From Eubacteriales bacterium (GTDB lineage Bacteria; Bacillota; Clostridia; Oscillospirales; CAG-272): a stretch of DNA of 64,000 nt. The notes beneath the pieces were generated by a model that worked only from the letters and a program-made list of their open reading frames with translations, made no database searches and was not told the origin of the DNA. Location of the stretch: assembly GCA_031549925.1 (NCBI GenBank), contig JAVBPA010000001.1, forward strand, positions 21,187 through 85,186, read 5' to 3'. Shown piece by piece: positions 10,140 to 20,574 of the stretch (its first letter is position 1; every line of letters starts with the position of its first letter). The position numbers and the translations under genes are program-made.

Positions 10140-10805
10140 ATGTTAAATACTAAAATAAAGGACGATAATTTTTTTCGACGCTGGCTTGTTATATTTTCTT
10201 TTACAATAATCATTTTTGTTTTTCTTTGCGGATTATTAATTCCTTCTAAAGCGCAAAAAAATTTATATGACGGTTTTATTCGTTTCCATGTTATAGCTAA
10301 TTCAAACACGGATGAAGATCAAAATGTTAAATTAAAAGTTCGTGACGCGGTTATCGATGTTATGGCAGCTCTTACCTCCGATTGTGATGATGTTCTTTCG
10401 GCACAACAAATATTCCATGAAAATATTGGTTTAATAAAAGAAGTTTCTAAAAAAACTTTAGAAGAAAACAATTTTTATTATGATGTCAATGTTACATTCA
10501 CAGACGAATATTACCCGGAAAGAATTTATGAAATGCGAGACGGCAATGTAACTCTGCCCGCCGGAACTTACCGTTCGGTGCGGATTATATTGGGGAAAGG
10601 GGAAGGGTATAACTGGTGGTGTATATTATTTCCCCCCATGTGCACCGATGCTGCAAAAGCTAAGGAAAAGCTAGCCGCCGCTGGATTTACACAAAATCAA
10701 ATCCGTATATTAACAGAAGGGGACAAAGTAAAATATAAAATAAAATTCAGAGCTTTTGAATTAATTGAAGAATTTATTGAAATGTTAAAAACCAGTTTTA
10801 ATTAA
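10140..10805 (+). CDS. spoIIR: Stage II sporulation protein R
   Basis: N-terminal TM segment, then IRFHVIANSNTDEDQNVKLKVRDAV and WWCILFPPMC, both characteristic of SpoIIR. Confidence 0.85.
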   Translation: MLNTKIKDDNFFRRWLVIFSFTIIIFVFLCGLLIPSKAQKNLYDGFIRFHVIANSNTDEDQNVKLKVRDAVIDVMAALTSDCDDVLSAQQIFHENIGLIKEVSKKTLEENNFYYDVNVTFTDEYYPERIYEMRDGNVTLPAGTYRSVRIILGKGEGYNWWCILFPPMCTDAAKAKEKLAAAGFTQNQIRILTEGDKVKYKIKFRAFELIEEFIEMLKTSFN

Positions 10806-10811
10806 ACAAAA

Positions 10812-10850
10812 AAAGAGATTCGATAATAAAAATTGAATCTCTTTTATATT
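10812..10850. terminator. Bidirectional intrinsic terminator
   Basis: Hairpin aaagagattc/gaatctcttt with an A-run before it and ttatatt after it. It lies between convergent genes. Confidence 0.6.
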
Positions 10851-10942
10851 GAGGTTTTTACAATGCAGCAAAATAATAAAATATTGTTTTTCAAAGAAAA
10901 GTATTTTTCCAAAAAATAAAATTTTATCTTCTGAAAAACTAT

Positions 10943-11665
10943 TTACAAAACTTTTGATAAAAATTCTATAGTCCGAGGTTGTTTAGGAGATTTAAAAAAT
11001 TCTTGCGGATTATTTTGTTCGATTATTTTTCCGCCGTCCATAAATAATATGCGTGTTCCGACTTCACGCGCAAAACCCATTTCATGGGTTACTACAATCA
11101 TTGTCATACCTTCCCCCGCAAGCTCACGCATTACATCAAGAACTTCTCCTACCATTTCAGGATCAAGCGCGGAAGTAGGTTCATCAAAGAGCATTACATC
11201 CGGATTCATAGCAAGTGATCTGACAATTGCTATACGTTGTTTCTGACCGCCGGAAAGACTGGAAGGATAAGCGTCAGCTTTTTCTTCCAGCCCTACCCTG
11301 CGAAGCAAACGCAACGCGTTTTCATTAGCATGCTCCTGATTTTGCATTTTCAGCATAACCGGAGCTATCGTAATATTTTTCATTATAGTCAAATGCGGGA
11401 ACAAGTTAAAATGCTGGAAAACCATTCCCATGCGGCGGCGAATCAAATTTACATTATATTTCGGAGCGTTAATCATTTCACCGCAAAACCATATTTCTCC
11501 GGATGTCGGTTCTTCTAAAAGGTTTAAAGTTCTTAAAAATGTACTTTTACCGCTTCCGGAGGGACCGATTATAACAACCTTTTCTCCTTTTTCGATATGT
11601 TCATCAATATCACATAATACATGATTTGTAGAAAAGAATTTATTGAGTTTTTTAACGGTTATCAC
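10943..11665 (-). CDS. Polar amino-acid ABC transporter, ATP-binding subunit (GlnQ-like)
   Basis: Walker [10 protein letters not shown], signature LSGGQKQR, Walker [13 protein letters not shown] prefer GTG 11665, which is preceded by AAAGGA and overlaps the permease stop, over the track's TTG at 11689. Confidence 0.85.
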   Translation of the reverse strand: MITVKKLNKFFSTNHVLCDIDEHIEKGEKVVIIGPSGSGKSTFLRTLNLLEEPTSGEIWFCGEMINAPKYNVNLIRRRMGMVFQHFNLFPHLTIMKNITIAPVMLKMQNQEHANENALRLLRRVGLEEKADAYPSSLSGGQKQRIAIVRSLAMNPDVMLFDEPTSALDPEMVGEVLDVMRELAGEGMTMIVVTHEMGFAREVGTRILFMDGGKIIEQNNPQEFFKSPKQPRTIEFLSKVL

Positions 11666-12380
11666 TTTTACGAAGTTTCCTTTCCGCAATAGAAAGCAAT
11701 TTTGTAAGTCCTAATACTATTACCAAATATATGAGAGCGACAACAATCAACGGCGTAAAAGGGTCATAGGTTGAAAACCTTATCCGGTCGCCGGCTTTCG
11801 TCAAATCTTGAATTGCGACATAACCCGCAATCGAAGTCTCTTTTAATAAAGTAATAAATTCATTTCCTAAAGCCGGAAGAATATTTTTTATCGCTTGGGG
11901 AAGAACAATACTCCACATAGTTTGCATGCTTGAAAGGCCGAGAGAACGTCCGGCTTCTGTTTGTCCGCGGTCAACCGCTAAAATTCCCGCTCTCATTATT
12001 TCCGCTACGTAAGCTCCGGAATTTAATCCGAAAGAAATAGTGGCGATCAATATGGCATTTTTAACCGATACAAATATAACAAAATACATAATCAAAAGCT
12101 GGACGACAACGGGAGTTCCTCTGATAATGTTTATGTAAATATTGCATATAAAATCGATAATTTTAAGCAGGCGTGATTTTTTATTCATCACGGCGGCAAC
12201 TTTTATTATCGCCACGATTATTCCTATTACAACCCCGATGATTAAAGCAAAAAGTGCGATAACTAGAGTGTTTTGAAGTCCTTCGGCAAGCATTTTCCAG
12301 CGGCTGTCTTTTATAATTGAATTATAAAATTGATTCCCGATATTTAGAAAAAATGTTTTTATGCTGTCTAATATAAACAT
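11652..12380 (-). CDS. Polar amino-acid ABC transporter permease (HisM/GlnP family)
   Basis: EAA-like loop [23 protein letters not shown], about 5 TM segments, and operon context. Confidence 0.85.
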   Translation of the reverse strand: MFILDSIKTFFLNIGNQFYNSIIKDSRWKMLAEGLQNTLVIALFALIIGVVIGIIVAIIKVAAVMNKKSRLLKIIDFICNIYINIIRGTPVVVQLLIMYFVIFVSVKNAILIATISFGLNSGAYVAEIMRAGILAVDRGQTEAGRSLGLSSMQTMWSIVLPQAIKNILPALGNEFITLLKETSIAGYVAIQDLTKAGDRIRFSTYDPFTPLIVVALIYLVIVLGLTKLLSIAERKLRKSDNR

Positions 12381-12435
12381 ATTACCTTACAATACTTTAA
12401 AAATAGATTTTTTCAGGTTATAAATAATTCCGGTA

Positions 12436-12464
12436 CAAAAAACAGGCGGGTTTTTATGCCCGCC
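12436..12464 (-). terminator. Intra-operon hairpin/partial terminator between the binding-protein and permease genes
   Basis: On the minus strand, ggcgggcataaaaacccgcc is followed by tgtttttt. Confidence 0.5.
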
Positions 12465-12489
12465 ATGACATTATACATGTTTTAATTTA

Positions 12490-13257
12490 TTATTCATTTG
12501 CTGTGTGATTATATATAAATTCTTCGATTTTTCCTTCATCCAAAAGACGGGTTAATGTTTTATTTATAGCTTCGAGGAGAGTTGTATTACCTTTTTGAAC
12601 GCATATTGCGTAACGTTCCTCAGTCAGCGGTTCAGCTAATTTTTTGAGATCGGTATTTGCGGCGAGGATTTCATCGCTTGTCATTTCGTCAACGACAACA
12701 GCTCTTACTTTTCCGCTCTTTAAAGCGGTGGCTGCGTCAAGGAATGTTCCGAATCTGCTTATTTGAGCGTTTTCAATATCCGATGCGAATATATCTGAAG
12801 TTGTTCCTGTTTGTACTGCTATAGTCATATTAACAAGTTTATCAGCGTCTGTTATTTCGGTTTCATCGTTTTTTACTAAGATAACAAGTTTAGATGAAAC
12901 ATATTCTATGGTAAAATCAACATTTTCCTTACGGTCCTCTGTTATAGACATTCCCGCAACTCCGATATCGCCTTTGCCTGATTTTATTGCGTTTACAATA
13001 CCTTCGAATGCCATATCCTGTATTTCAAGTTCAACGCCTAAATCTGCGGCAATTTCTTTTGCGATGTCAACATCAACACCTGCTACATTTCCGTTTGAAG
13101 TATATTCAAATGGCGGAAATCCCGCGTTTGTAAGCATAACAATAGATCCGCGTTCTTTTATAACATCGACGGTAGGAGTGGGCGCACATGAAAACATAAC
13201 GGAAACCAATAATGAAATAACGATTAACAAAGCAAATATTTTAAATGTTTTTTTCAT
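12490..13257 (-). CDS. Amino-acid ABC transporter substrate-binding lipoprotein (SBP family 3)
   Basis: Lipobox LLVSVMFSC. GFPPFEY..GVDVDIAKEIA is typical of family 3 binding proteins. Confidence 0.85.
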   Translation of the reverse strand: MKKTFKIFALLIVISLLVSVMFSCAPTPTVDVIKERGSIVMLTNAGFPPFEYTSNGNVAGVDVDIAKEIAADLGVELEIQDMAFEGIVNAIKSGKGDIGVAGMSITEDRKENVDFTIEYVSSKLVILVKNDETEITDADKLVNMTIAVQTGTTSDIFASDIENAQISRFGTFLDAATALKSGKVRAVVVDEMTSDEILAANTDLKKLAEPLTEERYAICVQKGNTTLLEAINKTLTRLLDEGKIEEFIYNHTANE

Positions 13258-13726
13258 TTTTGTTAAAACTCCTTTATTTTATTTTAATAATAAACTATTT
13301 ATAATATTAACATAACATACAACTGTTGTCAAGGAAAGTTTTTAACATTTATTTTATAAAATGATATAAAAGTATAGACATATGATTAAATTTATGTTAT
13401 ATTGTGCTTAAATAAAAAAAGCGATGCTCAGGCAGTAAAATATACCGGGAAACCCGAAGAGCTGTAATAAATTATTATCGGCAGCCGCACCGAAAAATGT
13501 AATAAAAACGCAAACGCAAACTTTTTATCTCAAAATTATGGCAGGGACAAAAGATTTTCTATAAGCAAAAATTTTACCGAAAATTCCCGATATAATATTC
13601 ACTTCGGTTATTTTTAGCGTCGGTTTTCATTTTTGCAATAAGTAAAAATAAATAAATTAACCTGCGCAAAAACTGTATTGTAACATATAAACGTTTTATA
13701 CAAACAAAATTCCCGTATCATTTTTG

Positions 13727-13756
13727 AAACTCCGGTTATAGCCGGAGTTTTATATT
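13727..13756 (+). terminator. Orphan terminator-like hairpin in a 680-bp non-coding gap
   Basis: Hairpin aaactccgg/ccggagttt followed by ttttatatt. No annotated plus-strand gene lies upstream. Confidence 0.4.
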
Positions 13757-13940
13757 CAATAATAAAAAATAAACCCATGCGGAACGTTTTGCTTTTTTGA
13801 AAATAAAAGATTTTTTCGGAATTATTTTTACCCGATTATAGTATGTTCCGAATGATTTTTTTGAATTAACGATAAAATATTTATTTCATATGTAGATTAT
13901 TTAATCAAATCGTACTCGCAGGAGTTTTAATGGAGGTTAT

Positions 13941-15821
13941 ATGAGATATTTTTCAACGGACGAAACAGACAGCGGTTCAATTCACGCAATAGGAAACGGA
14001 AACTTCATTGTTTACGGAAAGAGTTTGAATATGACAAATATTCAAGGTCCTATGTATACAAATCCTTCATATGGTTCGATTAATCTCGTTTCGGGTATTA
14101 ATTTAACTTGCCGAAGCGAAAGAAAAAATAATACAAACACATGGGTGCATCATATAAATGCTGATAACAGCGAAGCAGAATTTATTGACGCAATTGATCC
14201 GGAATTTAATATTTTTGTCCGAAAAATAAAGAGCGGCTTCAATTTTGAAATGAAATTAGATACATATTCAAATGTTTTTTGTGTTCATTATGAAAATTAT
14301 CAAATAACAAACGATGTAAAAATCGATTGCTCAATTGTTTGTATGCCTAAAGGCACACCTTATTTTACGGGTGAATGTACTCCCCGGGAAAACCGGATGA
14401 TTATTTATTGTAAAGGGTGTGTTTCGTTTAACGCTTTGACAAAACTGATAAATATAAACCGCGGAGAAGGCGAACTTATATTAATTTCAAGCGAAACGCC
14501 TTTTCTTATCGGTCAAGCCGAAAAAATATTCGAAAAGAATTTTGATGTATTTGCACGCAGCGAAAAGCATTGGAATAATTATTTGATAACAGCCGAAAAA
14601 GTCAAGAAAAAAATTCCGTCAGATCATCCGGAAAAAATTCGTATAGAAACTGCGATTGAAAGCGTATCAATCGCTATCGCGGCTCAGCAATCAAAGGACG
14701 GAGGAATCATGGCTGGACATTATTATCCAATGGCTTATGTCAGAGATCAGGCGGGAACTGTCCGCGGCTTACTTGCCCTCGGTTATATCGAACAAGCTAA
14801 AGCGGTGCTTGATTTTTGGTACAATAAATGGACGCGTTTTAAAAATTTATATAACGCCGAAAGTATGGGACATGATAATTCGCGTCTTATGTTTACGTGT
14901 GATGAGGTTGAAGTACCGGCTTATGTAGTATTTTCAGTTTTTGAATATTACGATAAAACTTCTGATATCGAATATGTAAAAAAAGTTTTTCCGATGATAA
15001 TCTGGGCGATGGATGCACAAATAAAACATTTAGCACACGGTATGACATGTTTCAGCGGAGACGAAACTTATATAGCCGGTTTTACTTTTCCGCGTGAATT
15101 TATATATCACGGTTCTGCCGAATCTACTCTTTTGTTTATTGAAAGCGGAAAACGAGCATATAAATTCGCATCTGAAAATAAAATATTAAGTATTGAAAAA
15201 TTAAATGAATATAAAACCGCATTAGAAGAATCATGTTCGCTATACAGCAAAAACTTTATTTTTGAAGGTATTCTTTACGGTAATAATCCGGAACGGGAAA
15301 AATATGCCGCCCCTCCGCGCTTCCATTTCGGATATTGCGTTGTCGATCAATTAATGAATCGTCCCTCTCCTCTTATGTGGCTTGAAAAAGGAGAACACGG
15401 ATACCACCGCTGTCCTAAATGTTATAACGAAAAAATACCGCTGGTCAATGAAATAAAAAAATATATGCTAGGTTCTCTCGGATTGCTTCCTCCTTATTAC
15501 CGCAGCGATATATTATCCCGTGAAGAAATTTTGATAAATATAAAACCATACAAGGAAACCTTTGAAAAAAACGGATATATTCCGTCCCGTGAAAACGGAA
15601 CACGTTCTCTCGGTTATGACATGGGATTGCTTTTATATAATCTTACATACATAAATGATCCGAAAAAGGATGATGTATTAAAAGCTATGCTTGATTTTCT
15701 TGACGAAACCGGAGTATGGGTTGAATATTATGATAATAAAATTCCGGCAAACTGCCGCTGCCGTCCTTGGGAAAGCGCCATAAATATGGAAGCTTTAATA
15801 TATTATTTAGATAATCAATAA
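13941..15821 (+). CDS. Six-hairpin (alpha/alpha)6 glycosidase-like protein (GH15/GH63-like fold suspected)
   Basis: GGAGG RBS. The segment DGGIMAGHYYPMAYVRDQAGTVRGLLALGYIEQAKAVLDFW resembles the Y-x-W/Y-x-RD motif region of glucoamylase-type barrels. The exact family was not determined. Confidence 0.5.
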   Translation: MRYFSTDETDSGSIHAIGNGNFIVYGKSLNMTNIQGPMYTNPSYGSINLVSGINLTCRSERKNNTNTWVHHINADNSEAEFIDAIDPEFNIFVRKIKSGFNFEMKLDTYSNVFCVHYENYQITNDVKIDCSIVCMPKGTPYFTGECTPRENRMIIYCKGCVSFNALTKLININRGEGELILISSETPFLIGQAEKIFEKNFDVFARSEKHWNNYLITAEKVKKKIPSDHPEKIRIETAIESVSIAIAAQQSKDGGIMAGHYYPMAYVRDQAGTVRGLLALGYIEQAKAVLDFWYNKWTRFKNLYNAESMGHDNSRLMFTCDEVEVPAYVVFSVFEYYDKTSDIEYVKKVFPMIIWAMDAQIKHLAHGMTCFSGDETYIAGFTFPREFIYHGSAESTLLFIESGKRAYKFASENKILSIEKLNEYKTALEESCSLYSKNFIFEGILYGNNPEREKYAAPPRFHFGYCVVDQLMNRPSPLMWLEKGEHGYHRCPKCYNEKIPLVNEIKKYMLGSLGLLPPYYRSDILSREEILINIKPYKETFEKNGYIPSRENGTRSLGYDMGLLLYNLTYINDPKKDDVLKAMLDFLDETGVWVEYYDNKIPANCRCRPWESAINMEALIYYLDNQ

Positions 15822-15839
15822 AAAGAAAGAGGTATATTT

Positions 15840-18128
15840 ATGAAATATTTGGATTTCTGTCATGACTGGTATTTTGGGTACGCAAAAAATTCGTATGAAA
15901 ACAGGGATTATATCCCCGTAACGCTTCCGCATGATTTCAGTATAAACCTCCCCATAGAAAAAGATTGTCCTACAAACCGTTCCGGAGGATATTTTCCCGG
16001 CGGACACGGAATATATGTAAAAGAATTTTATATTGAAGCAGCGGAAATTAATAAAGTATACTATATTCTTTTTGAAGGAATATACCAAATATCCGAGGTT
16101 TGGTTAAACGGTAATATTTTGGGATGCCATCCGTATGGATATACTTCCTTTTATTATAAATTAAATGATTATATAAAAGAAGGGAAGAATGAATTAAAAG
16201 TATTTGCGGATAACACTCAATTACCCAATTCCAGATGGTATTCAGGTTCCGGAATTTACCGTCCGGTTTGGTTGGTTTGCGGTTCTGAATTACATATAAA
16301 ACCCTGGAATGCCGCTGTTAAAACAATAGATATTTCAAAGGGTATTATTAACGTAAATGCGGAAATAGAACCGGTGAATATACAATATAAAATCATTTAT
16401 AATGTAATTGATTCGGCAGGTAAAACAGTGGTTAATGTAGTATCTGATGATAGCGAAATAGAAATTACAATTCCGGATGTAAAATTGTGGAGCTGCGAAA
16501 ATCCCTATTTATATAAGCTTCAAATAGAATTACTTTCTGATTCTGGTATTGCCGATGTATATGAAACAAATTTCGGTATACGAAGCGTTGAAGTTGATGC
16601 GGAAAACGGACTTTGTCTGAACGGAAAATCAATAAAAATGAAAGGCGGATGCGTTCATCACGATAACGGTATTATCGGTTCCGCTTCGTTTAACCGTTCA
16701 GAAGAACGTAAAGTTGAACTTTTGAAAAAATCCGGATATAATGCTGTACGCTGCGCGCATAATCCCCCCGCACCTTCATTTTTGGATGCTTGTGACAAAC
16801 TCGGAATGCTTGTAATAGACGAAGCTTTCGATTGCTGGAAACAACCTAAAAATCCGTATGATTATCATTTGAATTTTGAAACATGGTGGCAAAAAGATAT
16901 GGAATCGATGGTTAAAAGAGACCGCAACCATCCTTCCGTCATTATTTGGAGCATTGGAAATGAAGTTGCCGAACAATACGGAACTTCTGGATGTTATGAA
17001 ACTGCTAGGATTCTTTCGGATTTCATCCGTTCCATTGACAACACTCGTCCTATAACCCAAGCGATAAACGGAACAGGGCGAAACACGGACAAAACATTTG
17101 AACCGCTGGATATTGCTGGATATAATTATGATTTCACTAAATATGAAAGCGACCATGAATTATTTCCGAACCGTGTTATGATGGGTACGGAAACTGTCGC
17201 CAAAATGGCTTATGAAAACTGGTCAAAAGTTGTTTCTTATCCATATGTCATAGGTGATTTTGTTTGGACTTCCATGGATTATTTAGGGGAAGCCGCTATA
17301 GGACGCGCATTTTATTCCGAAGAAAATGATATTTGGAACAAATTAAGTGAATTTCCGTATAATAAGGCGCATTGCGGAGATATAGATACATGCGGTTTCA
17401 AGCGTCCGCAGTCATACTATCGTGATTTTGTCTGGGATGTATCAGATACCCCTTATATTGCAGTAAGGCGTCCGAATTTTAATGAAAATTATAAAACTGA
17501 ATGTACAACATTTTGGGGATGGAATGACAATCTTCCCTCATGGAATTTTCCCGGCTGCGATGATAAAACAATGCTTGTAGACGTTTATTCTGCGGGCGAA
17601 AAAGTTAAACTTTACTTGAACGGTAATTTAATAGGTGAAAAACCTTTATACGACACAGAAGAAAGAAATCATGGTTTCGATTACGGTAAAACTCATACAA
17701 TGCCGCGTTATGCCGCTTTGTTTGAAGTGCCTTATCATGAAGGAGAACTGACCGCGGTTTCTGACAACGGGAAAATTTGCAAAATAAAAACTGCCGGCAA
17801 ACCTTCGGTAATACGTTTGACGGCCGACAGGGATTCAATAGGTTTTAATAACGATTTATGTTATGTTACAGTTGAAATTACAGACAATGAAGGTATTATA
17901 AATCCTGCGGCTGATAATAAAATATATTTTTCAATCGACGGAGGAATATTATTAGCGGTCGGTACTTCAAATCCGCGTGACGCAGAACCTTATACAGGTT
18001 ATAGTCATACTGTTTATGACGGCAAAATGATGGCTGTAGTACGTTCATCCGGAAAAGGTATGATAAAATTAAAAGCAATGGCAGATAATTTATGTTCAGC
18101 TGAAATAGTAATCAATGCTTCCAAATAA
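15840..18128 (+). CDS. Glycoside hydrolase family 2 (beta-galactosidase/beta-glucuronidase-like)
   Basis: RDRNHPSVIIWSIGNE carries the acid/base NE. GDFVWTSMDYLGE is also present, along with the N-terminal sugar-binding and Ig-like architecture. Confidence 0.85.
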   Translation: MKYLDFCHDWYFGYAKNSYENRDYIPVTLPHDFSINLPIEKDCPTNRSGGYFPGGHGIYVKEFYIEAAEINKVYYILFEGIYQISEVWLNGNILGCHPYGYTSFYYKLNDYIKEGKNELKVFADNTQLPNSRWYSGSGIYRPVWLVCGSELHIKPWNAAVKTIDISKGIINVNAEIEPVNIQYKIIYNVIDSAGKTVVNVVSDDSEIEITIPDVKLWSCENPYLYKLQIELLSDSGIADVYETNFGIRSVEVDAENGLCLNGKSIKMKGGCVHHDNGIIGSASFNRSEERKVELLKKSGYNAVRCAHNPPAPSFLDACDKLGMLVIDEAFDCWKQPKNPYDYHLNFETWWQKDMESMVKRDRNHPSVIIWSIGNEVAEQYGTSGCYETARILSDFIRSIDNTRPITQAINGTGRNTDKTFEPLDIAGYNYDFTKYESDHELFPNRVMMGTETVAKMAYENWSKVVSYPYVIGDFVWTSMDYLGEAAIGRAFYSEENDIWNKLSEFPYNKAHCGDIDTCGFKRPQSYYRDFVWDVSDTPYIAVRRPNFNENYKTECTTFWGWNDNLPSWNFPGCDDKTMLVDVYSAGEKVKLYLNGNLIGEKPLYDTEERNHGFDYGKTHTMPRYAALFEVPYHEGELTAVSDNGKICKIKTAGKPSVIRLTADRDSIGFNNDLCYVTVEITDNEGIINPAADNKIYFSIDGGILLAVGTSNPRDAEPYTGYSHTVYDGKMMAVVRSSGKGMIKLKAMADNLCSAEIVINASK

Positions 18129-18185
18129 AATTTAAGGGAATTATTAATAATTACAAAAAAATTGATATGTTTATTTAAATAAAAA

Positions 18186-18210
18186 GAACCGGAGATTTGA
18201 ATCTCCGGTA
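18186..18210. repeat. 25-nt palindromic hairpin, copy 1 (terminator-like)
   Basis: gaaccggagatttgaatctccggta is identical to 18288-18312. It is preceded by aaaaa, which gives a T-run on the minus strand. Confidence 0.85.
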
Positions 18211-18218
18211 CAAATAAC

Positions 18219-18266
18219 GTTTTTTGCGGAGTTTTTTTTCGTAAAAAAGCGACCGTAATTCCTTCC
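18219..18266 (+). repeat. REP-like hairpin element, copy A
   Basis: gttttttgcggagttttttttcgtaaaaaagcgaccgtaattccttcc aligns with 26791-26835 and, in reverse complement, with 42846-42877 plus 42985-43000. Confidence 0.7.
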
Positions 18267-18287
18267 CTTGTACTTTTTCTACAATCT

Positions 18288-18312
18288 GAACCGGAGATTT
18301 GAATCTCCGGTA
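18288..18312. repeat. 25-nt palindromic hairpin, copy 2 (terminator-like)
   Basis: Identical 25-mer, followed by ttttattatattttttt on the plus strand. Confidence 0.85.
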
Positions 18313-18317
18313 TTTTA

Positions 18318-20297
18318 TTATATTTTTTTATAAAAAACAAGCTTTGAATCACGTGCGTTTTGTATCCGTAAGTTATATCCGTTCTTTTCGATAAAACAAC
18401 CGTTGAATACTATTGTCGTATGGTCATCTTTATCAAAAAAAGAATAGTTATAATCTTTATTTAATCCGCAAAGTCTGAAAGAAGCTTCTGTCATCGGAGA
18501 TTCGGGCCTTCTGAACGCTAAAATAATTCCATCATCATTTTCAGGCCGGTTAAACTGCCAGGCGCACCATGATGTATCGCAGAGTGAATTTCCGGTAAGC
18601 GGATAATAGTCGCAGGTTAAATATTCTCTTACCGATTTGTATTCCGAAAAAATTTCGCTTAACATTTCAAGCGGCTGATCATCTGAAATTTCCGAATCAT
18701 CGTACATCCAGTATGAAGCGCAAAGTGAAGGACCGTAAGAGCTTCGAATACGATATTTATCTCCGATATACGGACCGAGTCCGGTTCCATGGTAAGGAAG
18801 CCACCAAGATATACCTGTATTATGAATTTGTGCGGTTTCGGGGTCGCAATTAAATGTACATTGATAATCCGAACGCCATAGAGGGAATGAACGGGATAAC
18901 ATTTCAAAGTCGTTTCTTCTTCCGCCGGAAGCACAGTTGTCAATAAAAATGTCCGGAAATTTTTCCAGCAGCATATCCCATAATTTATATAAATTATTTA
19001 TATGTTTTATTTCCGTTATTCCGAAACGGTTATATTCGTCGTTTTTCTTCCAGAAAGCGAGAGGATCGCAATTGAAATCCTGACGGTAGCATTTTAATTG
19101 CAAATTTTTTATATGCTCCGCTATCATATCAAAAGTTCCGTACATTGCTTCGTCAATTCCTAAATTCAAAAGCCATGTTGGATTATTATCACCTAAATCG
19201 ATAAACCATTCGGGATGGGCTTTCGGAGTATCTGTATTTGCCAGTACTCTTTCAGGTTCAATCCATAATAATAAATCCATATCGCATTCTTTTGTTTTAT
19301 TTGCGACATCAAGCAATTTATCCGGATGATAATTTTCGTTTATATTCCAGCTCCCCGTGTGTGAACCCCAATCTCCGACATGTTCGTTTGGACACGACCC
19401 TGATGAATAACCATACCAGCCTGCGTCAATCCAATACATTTCTGCTCCGAGATTGTGCTTTTTAAATTCATTCAATCTATGAATCATTTTTTCGGTAGAT
19501 AAAGCACCCCAAGCGGTGAAAGACAAAGGACCGTTTTCGGGACGTCCGGGTTTACCCATAATAGAAAAATATTTTTTTATCAAACGGCGGAATTTTACAT
19601 GCCCTTCATTTTGCCCGTTATCATAACTTGTCAATATAACAGAAGAAGTTCTGAACTTTTCACCCGGAAGCATATAGAATTTTAAATCTTCTATACCTGT
19701 ACTAAGCAAAATATTATTTTCTATTCCCGTAAATGAAGCGTTCCATTGCCCGGTCCATCCGATTGCGGCGAGATATCCGTATTCATTTCGGTTTATATCA
19801 AAATACGGAGCCAAGCCTTGTGCGCTTCTTCCTCCGGAACAGGAATATTTCAATGTTTGATCAGGACGGCAAAATTCCGGAACAGCTCTGTATTCATCTC
19901 TTGCCCAATTTGAACCTACCGTACGGAATACTTTTGCGCAATCTTCATCGAGCATCCTATGTCCGGGTTTTGAAGGTTTATAATTTTTATTAACAGGGAA
20001 TAACACTTGACAGTCAACTAAATTTTCAATTACGGAAGTTTCATGATTTGCTATATTTTCAAAATAAAGAACCCATTTAACACTGTCATATTCATTATAA
20101 AAATCAATATATTCTGTTACTTTTAATTCTCCGCAAAAAATATATGTATTTTCATATTTTTTTACATTTTCGTCACTGCCGGACAGCAAAACGGTGTTTT
20201 TTATGCACTTCCCTTCATTATATAATTGTTTTGCTTCAATTCCTCCGTATGTAAAATTAAATCGTAAAGTATTATCGCCGAAAATAATATTGAACAT
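18318..20297 (-). CDS. Glycoside hydrolase family 36-like (alpha-galactosidase family)
   Basis: YWIDAGWY, YRQDFN and IDNCASGGRRNDFEMLSRSFPLWRSDY match the GH36 K/R-x-D-x-N and C-x-SGGGR-x-D signatures. Confidence 0.8.
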   Translation of the reverse strand: MFNIIFGDNTLRFNFTYGGIEAKQLYNEGKCIKNTVLLSGSDENVKKYENTYIFCGELKVTEYIDFYNEYDSVKWVLYFENIANHETSVIENLVDCQVLFPVNKNYKPSKPGHRMLDEDCAKVFRTVGSNWARDEYRAVPEFCRPDQTLKYSCSGGRSAQGLAPYFDINRNEYGYLAAIGWTGQWNASFTGIENNILLSTGIEDLKFYMLPGEKFRTSSVILTSYDNGQNEGHVKFRRLIKKYFSIMGKPGRPENGPLSFTAWGALSTEKMIHRLNEFKKHNLGAEMYWIDAGWYGYSSGSCPNEHVGDWGSHTGSWNINENYHPDKLLDVANKTKECDMDLLLWIEPERVLANTDTPKAHPEWFIDLGDNNPTWLLNLGIDEAMYGTFDMIAEHIKNLQLKCYRQDFNCDPLAFWKKNDEYNRFGITEIKHINNLYKLWDMLLEKFPDIFIDNCASGGRRNDFEMLSRSFPLWRSDYQCTFNCDPETAQIHNTGISWWLPYHGTGLGPYIGDKYRIRSSYGPSLCASYWMYDDSEISDDQPLEMLSEIFSEYKSVREYLTCDYYPLTGNSLCDTSWCAWQFNRPENDDGIILAFRRPESPMTEASFRLCGLNKDYNYSFFDKDDHTTIVFNGCFIEKNGYNLRIQNARDSKLVFYKKI

Positions 20298-20553
20298 AAA
20301 TTCCCTCCTATTTTAATTTCAAAAATAAAATTAAAAAGTCAAAATAAATAATATAATCTTTTTTCTTAAATTGCTTTTTGTTTTGTGTATTTTATTAAAA
20401 AACTCTTTTTGTTATTATAAAAGCTGATAATTATAATATAAAAGCAATATTATAATTATACTCCGAATAAATAGTATAAAGTATCAAGTATAATATTATT
20501 AAAATTGGATAATATTTATTATATGGAAACACTTAAAACAAAAAAATAAAAAA

Positions 20554-20574
20554 ATCAAGTATCAAGTATCAAGT
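20554..20574. repeat. Heptamer atcaagt x3 in a divergent promoter region
   Basis: atcaagtatcaagtatcaagt is read directly from the sequence. A related gtatcaagta occurs at 20481-20490. Confidence 0.8.
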
